DNA from: Macrostomum lignano
Lineage: Eukaryota
Length of the DNA: 64,000 bases
Assembly (NCBI GenBank): GCA_002269645.1
Contig: NIVC01000677.1
Span: 248,001 to 312,000 of the forward strand
Direction: 5' to 3'
Below, piece after piece: positions 12,800-24,745 of this stretch. Positions within the stretch are counted from its first letter, which is position 1. The number at the start of each line of letters is the position of its first letter. Both the position numbers and the translations under genes were made by a program. The notes below the pieces were generated by a model. The model was given only the letters and a program-made list of their open reading frames with translations, did no database searches and was not told the origin of the DNA.

Positions 12800-15700
12800 T
12801 CAAACGGGTAGCAGCCGTTGCACACTCTTCGATAGCGCCTCGACCTTCGCTGAATCCAAACCGGCCAAACAAGCTGAGACGCAGTCGGACACGCAGCTGA
12901 TGAGGCTGCGATTCTGGCGTCCGCCCAAGCAGCTGGGCAGGTAGGTCAGGAAAGTCTCCGGATTGCTCACCGCTCGCTGCAGCTGGGCCTCATAGTGCTC
13001 ATTCCAGCCAGCTGGACTGTGCTCAGCCGTGTTGCTAGTGTAACCAAATAGAGTCACGATGCCGGCCGCCAGGGAGGCTGACTCGGCCGCCTGGCCCGCC
13101 TCGGCCAGCAAGTGGGTCGGGTCCGGCATGGCTCCGCTGCCGGCGCCGTCGCCGCCTCCCGCTGGGTCGCTCGTCATATCAACTATCTGAGCATTTGTTT
13201 GAGGCACATTTGAGAATACAGTCATTCGTTCAATAAGCTTCAGTTCCTGTCCGGTCATTGATGGAAAGATTTTTAAGCTTCATTTTAGATTTTCTTTAAT
13301 GACTGGACAGGAACTGAAGCTCATTAAATGACTGGACAGGAACTGAAGCTCATTAAATGACTGGATAGGAACTGAAGCTCATTAAATGACTGGACAGGAA
13401 CTGAAGCTCATTAAATGACTGGACAGGAACTGAAGCTCATTAAATGACTGGACAGGAACTGAAGCTCATTAAATGACTGGATAGGAACTGAAGCTCATTA
13501 AATGACTGGACAGGAACTGAAGCTCATTAAATGACTAGACGGGAACTGGAGCTCATTAAATGACTGGACAGGAAGTGAAGCTCATTGAATGAGCGGACGG
13601 GAACAGAAGCTCATTGAATGACCGGACAGGAAGTGAAGCTCATTGATGACCGGACAGGAACTGAAGCTCATTGAATGACCGGACAGGAACTGAAGCTCAT
13701 TGAATAACCAGACAGGAACTAAAGCTCATTGATTAAGAAACAGCACTCAAGTTCACGATAACAATCAGAATCCCAGCTAGGAAGAGATTGGAGCCTCACC
13801 AGCACATTTGAGGGCCTGTAGTCCATTGGCCGATAGTGCAACTCGGCAGAGGCAAAGTTCGCCTGGCACATCAGCAGACTGCGCATCCAGACAAGCCTAT
13901 CAACATCTGTAATGGAATGCGGATGCAGTTCTGATAGAAACCTGCAACTGGCTTCGTTAGTGAGCACTCCTAGCAGCAGTTGAACGTCGTCAGCCTTGTC
14001 TGTAGCCGCTGTTTCCGTAGTGCCGCTGTCACAGTCGGGCTCGTCAAGAAAGAACCAGGCAAACTGCACTGAGCTGGGCAACTTTGATCTGACAATAAAG
14101 TTGTAAGAGGTGCATCTTTTTCAGCATGATATCGCATATTCGTACGAATTCTTTCAGAGAGAAGATCGAGTCAATGGCTTATGCATCCAACGTTTTGCTA
14201 ACCTATTCCCCACTTGGCCATAGAATACAGAAAACGTATTTATTCCCCACTTTGGCCCAGCCATAGACTACAGAAACGTATTTATTCCCCACTTTGGCCC
14301 AGCCATAGACTACAGAAACGTATTTATTCCCCACTTGGGCCCAGCCATAGACTACAGAAACGTATTTATTCCCCACTTGGGCCCAGCCATAGACTACAGA
14401 AACGTATTTATTCCCCACTTGGGCCCAGCAATAGACTACAGAAACGTATTTATTCCCCACTTGGGCCCAGCCATAGACTACAGAAACGTATTTATTCCCC
14501 ACTTTGGCCCAGCCATAGACTACAGAAACGTATTTATTCCCCACTTGGGCCCGGCCATAGACTACAGAAACGTATTTATTCCCCACTTTGGCCCAGCCAT
14601 AGACTACAGAAACGTATTTATTCCCCACTTTGGCCTAGCCATAGACTACAGAAACGTATTTATTCCCCACTTGGGCCCGGCAATAGACTACAGAAACGTA
14701 TTTATTCCCCACGTGGGCCCGGCTCAAGAATAAACAAACGTATTTGGTTGGTGTTTTTTGGGCCAGGCCAAATAAATACTTTTCTGCAGTCTATTTGACG
14801 TTGACGTTTGACGTTGTTTTTAGAAATGCGCTACTTTGACTACTACGGTATTTAGGTAGTATAAAAGTATGCGTAACGAATAAGGTAAAAATGGTATAAA
14901 CTACTGCTGAAGTAGGCATTGAAGGATCTTGAGCTTATTTACACGCATAGCATTATAACTTAAGGCACAGACAAGTTATCCCTATAGAGCCCCACAACCT
15001 GTGCTAGGCAACCTTCATCCGCCTTACTCACCTCAGCCGCATCGCGCTGCTCGCCATCCGCTTCAGACAGTCGGCGGGCAGGCGGAGACAGCGGCAGAGC
15101 AGGTCCGCAGCTCGGCCTCCGCTGATCCGCGGTCTCAGGATGCAGCGTCTTCGACTGCCAAGCTGGGGACAGCGGAGATTGGAGACTTCCTGCTGGCACT
15201 GCCGTACCTGCTCGCCTGTAAGATTGCAGTGAATTTATGAATAAACAATTTCAAAATGATTGAAGCGACTTAACAACATAGATGAGTTCACGTCAACATA
15301 CTGCCGTAATTTAACTCCAACAAATTGTCTACTAGACCTGACCCTAAATCCTAATCTACATGTACATGGAAATCATCGCCAAACCTTTGACCAGATCCTT
15401 GACAGATTCGTAAGGGTTATAGCCTAGTCGGATTCACGACTTGAAGGTTGACTGTAACAATTTGTGTCCTTGAGCAAGACACTTAACTCTGCATTGCTTC
15501 AGTTCACCCAGCTGTAAAATGGGTGCCAGCATTAGCTGGGGTAATTGAGGGTGTGTGGCGACCCCCTCCCCCCCCAGTCCATGCACTGAACAGCCGTACG
15601 CAGCCTTCAGATGATGCGGCTGAGCTGTCGGTTGCACATCTGGCTCAATTGGGGCAGGTGTAATCAATTATTATTATTACGAGCTATTGACAGCACACTA

Positions 15701-18176
15701 AACCGAGGCTATCATACTTGCATTTATTAGACCTTATTTTTATGATCGAGTTTTGAGCGATGAGTTTCCATTTCTCAGCAACCGTTCTACATATAATAGA
15801 AATATACGTGTATTTGAGCTAAATTTCAGACTTCTAAGATCTCCCACCAGGGTTGGCCATACTCACATTCGCGAGTGACATTGGAAGCATTCCAGCGCAG
15901 CTCCGTATCCATCCCAGTGAGCTTGAAGAGCAGAACTGTCAGATCCCGCTTAAGCGGCTTCAGGCGCAGTTTCTTTTCGACACTGTCGAAACTTCTCTGC
16001 CGCAACTCGTCGAGCTGAACGGTCAGCCGATCCTCGATGTCCGTCTTCTTCTGGCACAGCTGGGCGCAGTAGAGTTCGATGGCTTCGCCAGTCAGCTTTC
16101 GAAGGTCAATGCCGGCCAGGAAGTAGTCGAGCTGTCGGGTTCGCTTGTCCGGAGATTTGGAGGCCACTAGCTGGGCGAACTCAGCTGTGCGGACAAGTCT
16201 GGGCAGGGCCTGGCGCATGCCATCGACTAGATGGCTTGCACAAAGGTCACCGAACTCGGTATCATTTGGCTCAAAGGTGCATTTTATTATTGCCAGATCA
16301 TTATGAAACTCTTCCGCGGAGCTGCACAAGCCTTCTATGACACTGTGAGCTGTGTGCGACAATACTGACCTAGCAAGGACCTCTTTATATTTGGATCGAA
16401 GCTCAGCTTTCAGGTGGCTAACTAAGATATCCTTGAAGCTGCATAGCAGTCTGACGGCTGCTTGAAATTCTCTGTTTTTGCCTTGAGTCAGACTAGCAAT
16501 GAGCTTGGCCTCAGCTTGGCGCATCACAAGGCTTACGTCAGCGGCGGCCTGCATTTTGGCACCGTCGCGAGCAAATTGGTTCTTTAGGACGTTCAGCTCA
16601 CTCTCGGGGTCGCTCAGGTCCAGCAGCGAGTCCTCCGCTGCCACTGACAGCAGAGCCTTGCTGATTCTTTCGTAGGTGTCTTTAATTACGCGGAGCGCCC
16701 GGGACATCAGCTCCATTGGCATCTCGGTAAGGCTGGAGGTCACAACGGAGGACAACTTGAAGGCTAGCAGGTGAACGGAGGCCAGCATCAATAGACGCTT
16801 CATAATGGCCATCGCATCTGTAAGCTTCTGCCGAGCGTTGGCGTAAACCAGCGCAGCAATTCGAGCCTCTAGTTCCAGGAATGAGTCCAGGTATGGCGGG
16901 TGCGGCACGGGCCAATTGTTCGATAAAAAATTCTCCACTGACTTGGCCGACACGCCGAGCAGAGCGGTTTCGCTGCCGGGGGTGATGCAACCTGGATGGT
17001 ACTGGCTGAATGACTCCATGACGCTTCCCATGCGCTTCAGCATGTGCTCTTGGCAGTGCGCCGAGTACTGAAATCCTTCAATATCATTCTCCAGGCTTTT
17101 AACTACCTCCTCCTCGTCGCTAGAGTCCTTGCATAGAACGTCATTGGACAAGTTTTTGTAGTAACTTTTTATGCAGCAATCAATCTGGTTGGCAACGAAC
17201 ACTTTTTGCATACTGCTGTGCTCCTCCATCAAGAACCGGATGTTCTCAGTGTCCTGCAAGTTTGTAAATGTTGATACACTTTTTCTGAAGATGATACTAT
17301 AGAAAGAACTTATCTAAAGTCTGCAACTTTCAACTGTCAATTAATCAATTTAGAATGCAATTCGCTCGTATAGGAGCCGCCTACTTCACATTTTAGAACT
17401 GAGATTAACTTTCTTACACAGGCATTCGAAAATGTACCTTCTAGGCATCACAAACTCACAGGCTCTGGCTTGTATCCTTCCGTGCCATTAACAGTGTACA
17501 CGACTATGGCCGACTTGGCCCCGTTCAAAAAATTTTGAACGGTCTCATTCATTTGAGCATTCTCGCCCATGCCGGGACTGTCCACCAGCTGAAGGTTGTA
17601 TCGAAGTAGTTCATTGGGCAACGACACCTTCACCATCATTGCAGTGTTTCGATCCTCCCGCTCGTTCCCTTTGAGGTCGATGTACTCTCGTAACTCCCTG
17701 CTATCCTCGAAGGCTGTCGTATCAACGATCGCCTGACTAGTTATTACGTCCTGGATTGACACTGTCCTGCTCGGTCCGTGGCTAGTGCAGGTAAGTCTGG
17801 CGGTGCAGGTGTGCTGAGCGGTGGGAAACAGACCGGTTATTCGACTGCTTGCCGGAGATTCCTGCCAATCCCGCAGCAGCTGGTTTAGCAGTGTCGACTT
17901 GCCCGTGTTGCTGCGGCCGAACACGATCAAGGACAGAGTGAGCTGGCTCTGCAAGATCTCGTCCAGCTCGTTCAGCTCGTCCAGCTTCGTGTCTTCATCG
18001 GTCGCTTCGCATTCGATTTTCAAGTCGTGCATCAGTCGCATGAGCTCGCCAAGATACTCAGCGAGGCGGACAAACCGGGACTCGCGATACCGCAGCGCCG
18101 CCACCAGATCGCGTCTGGAGGACTGAAAGCGCACTTCATAGTCGGCACGGTCAAGCTTCTGCGCTGTCTCCTCCAT
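12800..18176 (-). CDS. Dynamin-like GTPase fused to a degenerate kinase (DSTYK-like architecture), ~987 aa, 5 exons
   Basis: Exons 18176-17460, 17253-15867, 15215-15032, 14088-13800 and 13186-12800; all four GT-AG introns are phase-compatible (0,1,2,0). Motifs: G1 GRSNTGKS, G2 TCTA, G3 DSPG, G4 ANQID, G5 VSAK, then a helical stalk. The C-terminus has kinase-like DYRPSNVL/IVDMT remnants. Confidence 0.8.
13229..13732. repeat. 29-bp minisatellite (atgactggacaggaactgaagctcattaa)n with an inverted copy (foldback)
   Basis: About 15 units at 13298-13732; 13229-13261 is the reverse complement of one unit, separated by a 36-nt spacer. Confidence 0.9.
14204..14730. repeat. 42-bp intronic minisatellite
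   Basis: About 12.5 units of tattccccacttgggcccagccatagactacagaaacgtatt in intron 3 of the GTPase-pseudokinase gene. Confidence 0.95.
15414..15679 (+). mobile_element. CORE-like SINE (family A, copy 2; B box deleted)
   Basis: The CORE segment is near-identical to copy 1; part of the tRNA head is missing; ends in an (att)n tail. Confidence 0.85.
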
Positions 18177-18957
18177 CTTTAGTTGCGAGGCTGGCTAGCT
18201 TTGCTTGCGCACTTTCTTGTGTCAGTTTGGGGCTTCGGCGCCTGGTCAAGTAGGTACTGGAAACAGCCGAAGCGAGAGTCGCAGAGCCTTGCGTAGTGGC
18301 ATGCACGTATTGCTGCACAGCCAGCAAGGCTGGGTGTGAGACGAAAGCGAGAATTACTGCAGCTATGTGCACAATGCTACAGTGTACACTTGTACATTGC
18401 GTGGCTTTTTCATCTGTACTGTTGCAAGATAGACTGCGTCTGTTAAACACTGACGTCTTGTTTTCTCTGCTTTAATACAATAATGCGATTTCATAACTTG
18501 CTTCTCTCCTACTATTCAAATTGTTTAGAATTTCAGACAGGCACTGGCTAGACAGTGTTTGAATTTCACAGGGTGTAATCTTTACCTTTGCCCGTCATTT
18601 AATACTTGCTTTTGCTTTTTGTCGATTGTCATTATTAATATATGGTAACTCCCATAAAGTTAAAAAGAAAAGTAAACAATTGAAAGGGACAATTAGGGAC
18701 CGACCGACTTCAATTTTAATTCATGCCTCCAGAAGAAGAATATAGAATTCATGCACAGTAGCCATTAAGAAGTACAAGAAGTCCGCTATACTAAAAATGA
18801 ATTGTGGATATCTAGATATTATTTTCCTTAAGAAAGAACAATAGTGACTGTACAAGGTCAGAAGCTATTTAAACTATTTTATTCATTTCTTTGTTGCTTC
18901 CACATTGGGAGGGAGCGCAGATTGCTAGTGGACTACTATAGTGGGACTTTACATAGT

Positions 18958-19315
18958 GGGCCGTAGGCCGTAACCATGTGGTCTAGCGCAGGCTCTCATG
19001 TACAGCGGCCCAGGCTCGATTCCAAGTGCAGTCAGATATTAATTCGGGGCTAAATTGGAATCTCGGCTTGGCTCTGCTCGTGCAATCAACGCCCTTGAGG
19101 GGCCAGCCCCCAAGGCACAGTGAAGTGTACATGCCTAGCGATAAATAAAGTTAGGGCCGCTGTACAGTCCCTGTGTGAGTGTGTGCCTGTGCGTATGACT
19201 GCGTACGTATCCGCGCGCTTGTGTGCCTGCTCAGGGGAGTCGGTGGAATGGCAGTAATGCCTCTCGCCGGTTGTGTGACAATGTCGCTTAAAGTGCGCCA
19301 GGTTGCACGCAGCTC
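18958..19315 (+). mobile_element. tRNA-headed SINE-like repeat (family B, copy 2)
   Basis: gggccgtaggccg...cagcggcccaggctcgattccaagtgc head; the body is colinear with 11832-12190 and ends near aataataaat. Confidence 0.8.
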
Positions 19316-20029
19316 CATGTCTTTAATAATAAATGGGTGGCACAGAAGTTTTCATCGTCAAAACGATTTAATCGCACAGAATGGCAACTATCTTTTAAAA
19401 CTGTTTAGAGCTTATATTACAGTTGAAAACTACTTCTCTAGCTTGCTTGATTGCTATCCCAAAAATATATAGTTCGCCTTTCTGCATTGGAAAAGGTTTG
19501 AAAAATTCCCGGAAAGCTTCGCTTCTGTGAAATAAAATCACACTGATGTCAAGCATGCGGACTTCGTAGAGCTTTTTCGAATTTAGAGAAGTCATTTTAA
19601 TTCCTGGAAAAAAGTCTATCCAACAAAAAGTTTTGTACTCCCCAATGTTATATTCATGTGTTCCCTATCCGTACCTGGGCTAGGCATCATTATTTGAGCG
19701 AAATCCACATCCGGTGGTGAAACTCAAATAAGAAATCAACATGTGGCAGCCATCATGCCTCATCGGTACTTGCGAGTGTTTGCTTCCGGCATCGGGTTGG
19801 TGCGACATGTAAGCATTTATCTTGGCAACTGCAAACTCTGATATTCAACACCAATCCAGACGGGGCTCAACTAAAAGTTTGCCCAGCGCGTTCAGTTTTT
19901 TGTGGATGCAGAAAAAATGAGGATCTGTCTTATACTGAAATTAAAGTTGTCAGCTAAATCTTTAACCATATTTTTAGCAAATTAATTATGATTTGTCAGT
20001 CTATTAGCGCTTGATATTCTGGACCCAGC

Positions 20030-20115
20030 GAAATGCTGTGGCTCATGTGGGAAATTACTGAGATATCAAGACTCATGAGGGGATTGCTAAAATGCTGTGG
20101 CTCATAGGGGGGGGG
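20030..20115 (-). repeat. Degenerate ~30-bp tandem repeat related to the 3.3-kb and 35.3-kb arrays
   Basis: The minus strand reads cccctcatgagtcttgatatctcagtaatt, versus cccccgtcagccttgacatctcagcaatt in the 3.3-kb array. Confidence 0.55.
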
Positions 20116-21872
20116 GGTTCTCAGAGTTGTTGTAGGCCAGGCATCAAAGGGAGAGTTATAGGGCTTTGGTGCCACAGCCCACAATTCGCAGGGGGGCGAT
20201 AATTTTTTGCTTTAGACATCATTTTCCTTAGGATACTGAACTCGTAGACTGCACAAGGTCAAAACCTACATGTAGTTTGTTAAAAAAATTTTATTCCTTT
20301 CTCTGTTTCCTCCGCAAGACTTTTATTGCCATAAACGGAGAACCTTCAATCTTGCAAATGCATTTTCAGCCTAACCCATTTTACTTGAGTTGTCTATGGT
20401 CCAGACATCAGCAAGCGTGACAAGCGGCAAGCAAAAATCACCAACAACCTACTAACCGTAGCCTTGAAAAGATTACGCCTCCGCTAGCCAAGCTGTTACT
20501 ATTGAGGAGAAATCTTCCAGCTTCTATTGTCAATAGCTAGCTATCCTGAGCAAATATTGCTCAAGCTGGTTTAATCCATTGCATTCAACGCACCCACCGC
20601 ACCGGATTCATGCCGCCTTAAGTCCATACAGGCGCACGTAAAAACTGAGCAAATAGTGCAAAAAATGAAAACATCTGAAAAGCTGAGAGGCACGTTCTTG
20701 AAACGCGATAGTCCCAACGGGGGTGAGGCATATTTCTGGCAGGAATGTGTTCCCAATGCGAGCTAGATGTTCAAGAATACGATTAAACCATACTAAAGGA
20801 AACGACTGCCCAGGATGGCCAAAGTATGTAGGTTTACAGTAGGAATACCGTCAGCCGTAAGGTTGCTTGAGAGGCTAGTTGAGGATGTCCAGCAGTCAAG
20901 GTTTGCCCACTGTCCACTGGCATGGTCAGCGATATCAGACCTAGACAGAAACAGGATGTCCATAGTTACCTGGTGGCGGAGAAGCTCCACCCGGGAGAAG
21001 ACCAGTGACTACCGAAGTCAGGGCTGATGCAGACACACGTAGTCGACGTGCTGGTTAAATCTGGAGGCTTGGCAAGGCTTATGAAAATCCGTCCCTCTGG
21101 AAGAATCGTTGAATATCTGGAGGTTTGGTGACTTGATTCTTGTTTGAGAAGGTGTGCAGAACAGATGTATTTAATTCTTGAATTCCGTGTACCTGCATTG
21201 CTCCGTTGTAGAGCAGCTAAAAAACAGTTCCACCAGCATGCACAAAAATAGGTCTCGGGCTTGTCGGATGATTCGACCCCACAGGTTGTACATCCTGTGT
21301 GAGTTTGTGTCTGCGTACGTATCTGCATGCGTTTTAAAGGGTAAGTTGAGTGGGCAATGGACATGGCTGCTGGTCACCTGTAATAGCAACCTTTTTTTAC
21401 ACTTCAAAGATTTTTTTCGAAGCAATGGTAACAAATCGGAGGTCAGAAACCACTGATAGACAGCCGACTACCAATTTTGATTGTTTATTCAAAACCACTG
21501 GTTCGTTGATAAACTTCCGGTAGTCCACGCTTCATTGAACTGGCCTCATAAACTCGATGCAACTTGAAACCACGTTGTTAAGATTTTTCCAAAGCTCTTA
21601 GTTACCAAATTGGTTGTGTAGTTTAACAAAGTTCCCAAGAAGAGGAATCCGAGACTAGTAAAAACTACCAGAAACGAGAAACGAGAAGCTTCCGAGGATC
21701 AGAAATTCCATTAACGCAATTTGACAAGCCGGAACACGACAAATAAAAAACATCAACCGAGCCTCGAAAACTTTTCGTCCCCACGGCTAAAATTTTAGCG
21801 GCAGCTAAGTTGGGATATTTGGATTTCAGCAGCCAGTAAAACTGTAATCATTCATTGCCCAAAGCCTCATCA

Positions 21873-22781
21873 TCAGCAGACGCCGTCCATCGCGCGGATC
21901 TCCTCAGCGGTCATCGCCCGTTTTACTATGGTGAAGCACTGGAACACTCCGTTGAACGTGTTGCCCTCGGCAATAGCGTAGCCCAGCCGAATGGCGTCCG
22001 GCGTGTAAGCCGAGGTTCCCCGCGCGTTGGAAGTGACCTCCTGCTCAGCGCCGGACACGAACAGCCTGGCTCCGTTGCAGCCGTTCAGCACGAAAGCGAG
22101 CGACACCGACTGCTCGCTAGTGCCAATGGGCATCACGCTCTCTTTAGAACGGAACGAGCAGGGCCAGACGAAGTAGAAGTGCACAAATCCGGATCTCTCG
22201 TAGAAGAAACCGGGTCGATCGACCGACGGCCCCTTGGCTAAGTTGTAGACGCTGAAGAACGCCCGGTTGTTGCTAGCTGAGTCCGGGTAGGCTCGCTGCA
22301 CCTTGAGAAAGAAGGTCAGGTTCTGCGGCGGAGCGGCCAGAAAGGTGCCTAGACCGAGCAAGTCAATGTAAGAGCTGAACTTGCCGAGAAAATTCAGCCC
22401 GACGCCGTCGATCTGATCTACGCCGACGTACTTCACATCCGTTGAATTGGTGATCGAGTGGCCTGTTAGAAATCGTTGGTCAAAGCCGAGCAGCAGCTGC
22501 GTGTCCCCGTCGTCCACGGCCAGCTTGAGGTGGCTGACGGCACCGGGCTGGGCGACCCAGCCGGCAGACCAGGCTGTCGAGTTGCCCAGCCAGCAGTGCG
22601 GCGCGACGTGTTGAGCCACCCGACAGTCCGGGTCGGCGGCGCACTCGACCTGGCAGCTGGCCGGGGCTGACGCGCCCGTCATCAGACGGACGCCGGCAGT
22701 GGCGTTGCGGACAGCGGCTGGCAGCGCGGTCGGCACGGCTCGGAAGGACACCCGCTGGCTGCTGGCTGCTACAAGCTCCCT
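21873..22781 (-). CDS. PAN/Apple-like plus LamG/ConA-like jelly-roll protein, terminal exon (5' end unresolved)
   Basis: ~300-codon open frame with CQVEC...DCR...HCWL (PAN-like) and a C-terminal FNGVFQCFTIVKRAMTAEEI (LamG/pentraxin-like). There is no in-frame ATG before the PAN region; candidate acceptor ctcAG before 22781. Confidence 0.7.
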   Translation of the reverse strand, partial: RELVAASSQRVSFRAVPTALPAAVRNATAGVRLMTGASAPASCQVECAADPDCRVAQHVAPHCWLGNSTAWSAGWVAQPGAVSHLKLAVDDGDTQLLLGFDQRFLTGHSITNSTDVKYVGVDQIDGVGLNFLGKFSSYIDLLGLGTFLAAPPQNLTFFLKVQRAYPDSASNNRAFFSVYNLAKGPSVDRPGFFYERSGFVHFYFVWPCSFRSKESVMPIGTSEQSVSLAFVLNGCNGARLFVSGAEQEVTSNARGTSAYTPDAIRLGYAIAEGNTFNGVFQCFTIVKRAMTAEEIRAMDGVC

Positions 22782-23117
22782 CTGAGCGAAGCTGCATGGT
22801 TGGGGATCGCGGAGACGTTTGGATGAAGAGCCATATTATTGTTGTCTACCACTTAGCCCAAAGCCCACTATAGGGAGGTGCTCTGCTGACGTTGCGCGCA
22901 TTCGGCGTTTCTTCGACTGCCTGCTGGCTAACACCGGACACCGGTTCCCCAAGGGCTCAACACTATGAGCCTATGATAGGAGTCGCCAAGAGTCAAGTGC
23001 TATGAGTCAAGAGTGTCCTAATTCAAGAGCGGCTTGTGTGTCCTATGAGCAAGGGAAGGCAGCTCGGAGCGCCTGCAAAGTCGAGTCGAGTCTGTTGCGC
23101 AATTTTCTAAGAAAATT

Positions 23118-23310
23118 GAGAGTGAGATTCTGTGAGATTCTGTGAGATTCCGTGAGATTCCGTGAGATTTTGTGAGGTTCCGTGAGATTCTGTGAGATTC
23201 TGTGAGATTCTGTGATATTCTGTGAGATTCTGTGAAATTTTATGAGAATCTACGAGATTATTTGAGGTTCTGTGAGGTTTGTGAGATTCTGTAAGATTGA
23301 GATTCTGAGT
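23118..23310. repeat. 10-bp tandem repeat (gtgagattct)n
   Basis: About 19 degenerate units. Confidence 0.9.
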
Positions 23311-24078
23311 GACGATCAACTCTTATCGGATTCTTCAGAGCACCTTTCATTTTCACAACTTCATAGTATTGAAAAGTATTTGTAGGAAATTCCGGTTGTC
23401 ACTTAATTGCAGGTCATAGTTTCATAGTTTCTACATGGCTTGACTCCCCCACCAACTGTCCTGAGCTCGTTCCTTAAGAACTTGGCAGTATAAATATTTA
23501 GCAGTTTAGCTGCATTATAATGTCACGCTATTATGAGTATACTGAGAGTTAAGCATAGGACTAGTTATACCGAATCATTACTGTAACTTATCGCACTAAG
23601 TGCCCCATCTTCGATAATTTTTATTAAAAAAAACTTTTCTGCCAATAGCATGCATCAAAGCCGATCCATTAATGGTCGTTAATGCAACAAAGAGGCCTGC
23701 CAAAAGGAATCCCCCCAGGGCGAGTCTTCTCTAGCAGACTATCTGTTTGAGTAGCAAATGTGAACTCAAGAAGCGACTCAGCTGGATTGTTGCCCGAGGC
23801 CTCCCGTTGATGGTTGAGTGCAAGCAATGAAGTAAGATACCCAGCTGCCTGCTCCAGTGGCTAGTGCTTTGTTTGACTTCGATTCCTAGATACTTTGTCA
23901 ATATTTACATATTTCCGCTGCTACCATTGCGAAATACTGTAAGTTCCTTCACTAAAAGAGAGAATTGCTCAGAAATGCCGAGTGTTTGAAGCCAATAGTT
24001 GCCTACAAATTCCTTCCGTGTGCGTCAATCAGACACCTAGTTTTGCATTCTGCATCTTCTATACTCATCAGAGTCTAG

Positions 24079-24745
24079 AATGGGGAGATTCGGAGTAGGA
24101 AGATTCGGAGTGGAAAGATTGGGAATCGGGAGATTCGGGGTGGGGAGATTCGGGATGGGGAGATTCGGAGTGGGGAATCTCCATCTCCATAGGGAATCAC
24201 CAAGATTCGGTGGCGAGATTCGGAGTGGGGAATCTTCATGGGGGATCACCAAGATTTGGTGTGGGGAGATTCGGAGTGAGAAGATTCTGAGTGGGAAGAT
24301 TCGGAGTGTGGAGATTCGGAGTGTGGAGATTCGGAATGGGAGATTCGGTGGGGGAGATTCGGTGGGGGAGATTCGGTGGGGGAGATTCGGTGGGGGAGAT
24401 TCGGTGGGGGAGATTCGGTGGGGAGATTCGGTGGAGGAGATTCGCAGTGGGAGATTCGTGTGGGGAGATTCGGAGTGGGGAGATTTGGAATTTGAGATTC
24501 GGAATGAGAAGATTCGGAGTGGGAAGATTCAGAGTGGGAAGATTCGGAGTGGGAAGATTCGGAGTGGGAAGATTCGGAGTGGGAAGATTCGGAGTGGAAA
24601 GATTCGGAGTGGGAATTTTCGGAGTGGGAAGATTCGGAGTGGGAAGATTCGGAGTGGGAAGATTCGGAGTGGGAAGATTCGGAATTCGAGATTCAAAGTG
24701 GGAAGATTCGGTGGGGGAGATTTGGAGTGAGAGATTCGGAGTGAG
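24079..24745. repeat. 15-bp G-rich tandem repeat (gggaagattcggagt)n
   Basis: About 40 degenerate units. Confidence 0.9.

Noticed and set aside
15826-18176. Mitofusin/Fzo call for the dynamin-like GTPase
   Set aside because: No transmembrane hairpin or C-terminal heptad region is evident, and the gene continues into kinase-like exons.
20560-21200. Possible decayed transposase fragments
   Set aside because: Only short interrupted frames, with no catalytic motif, TIR or TSD identified.
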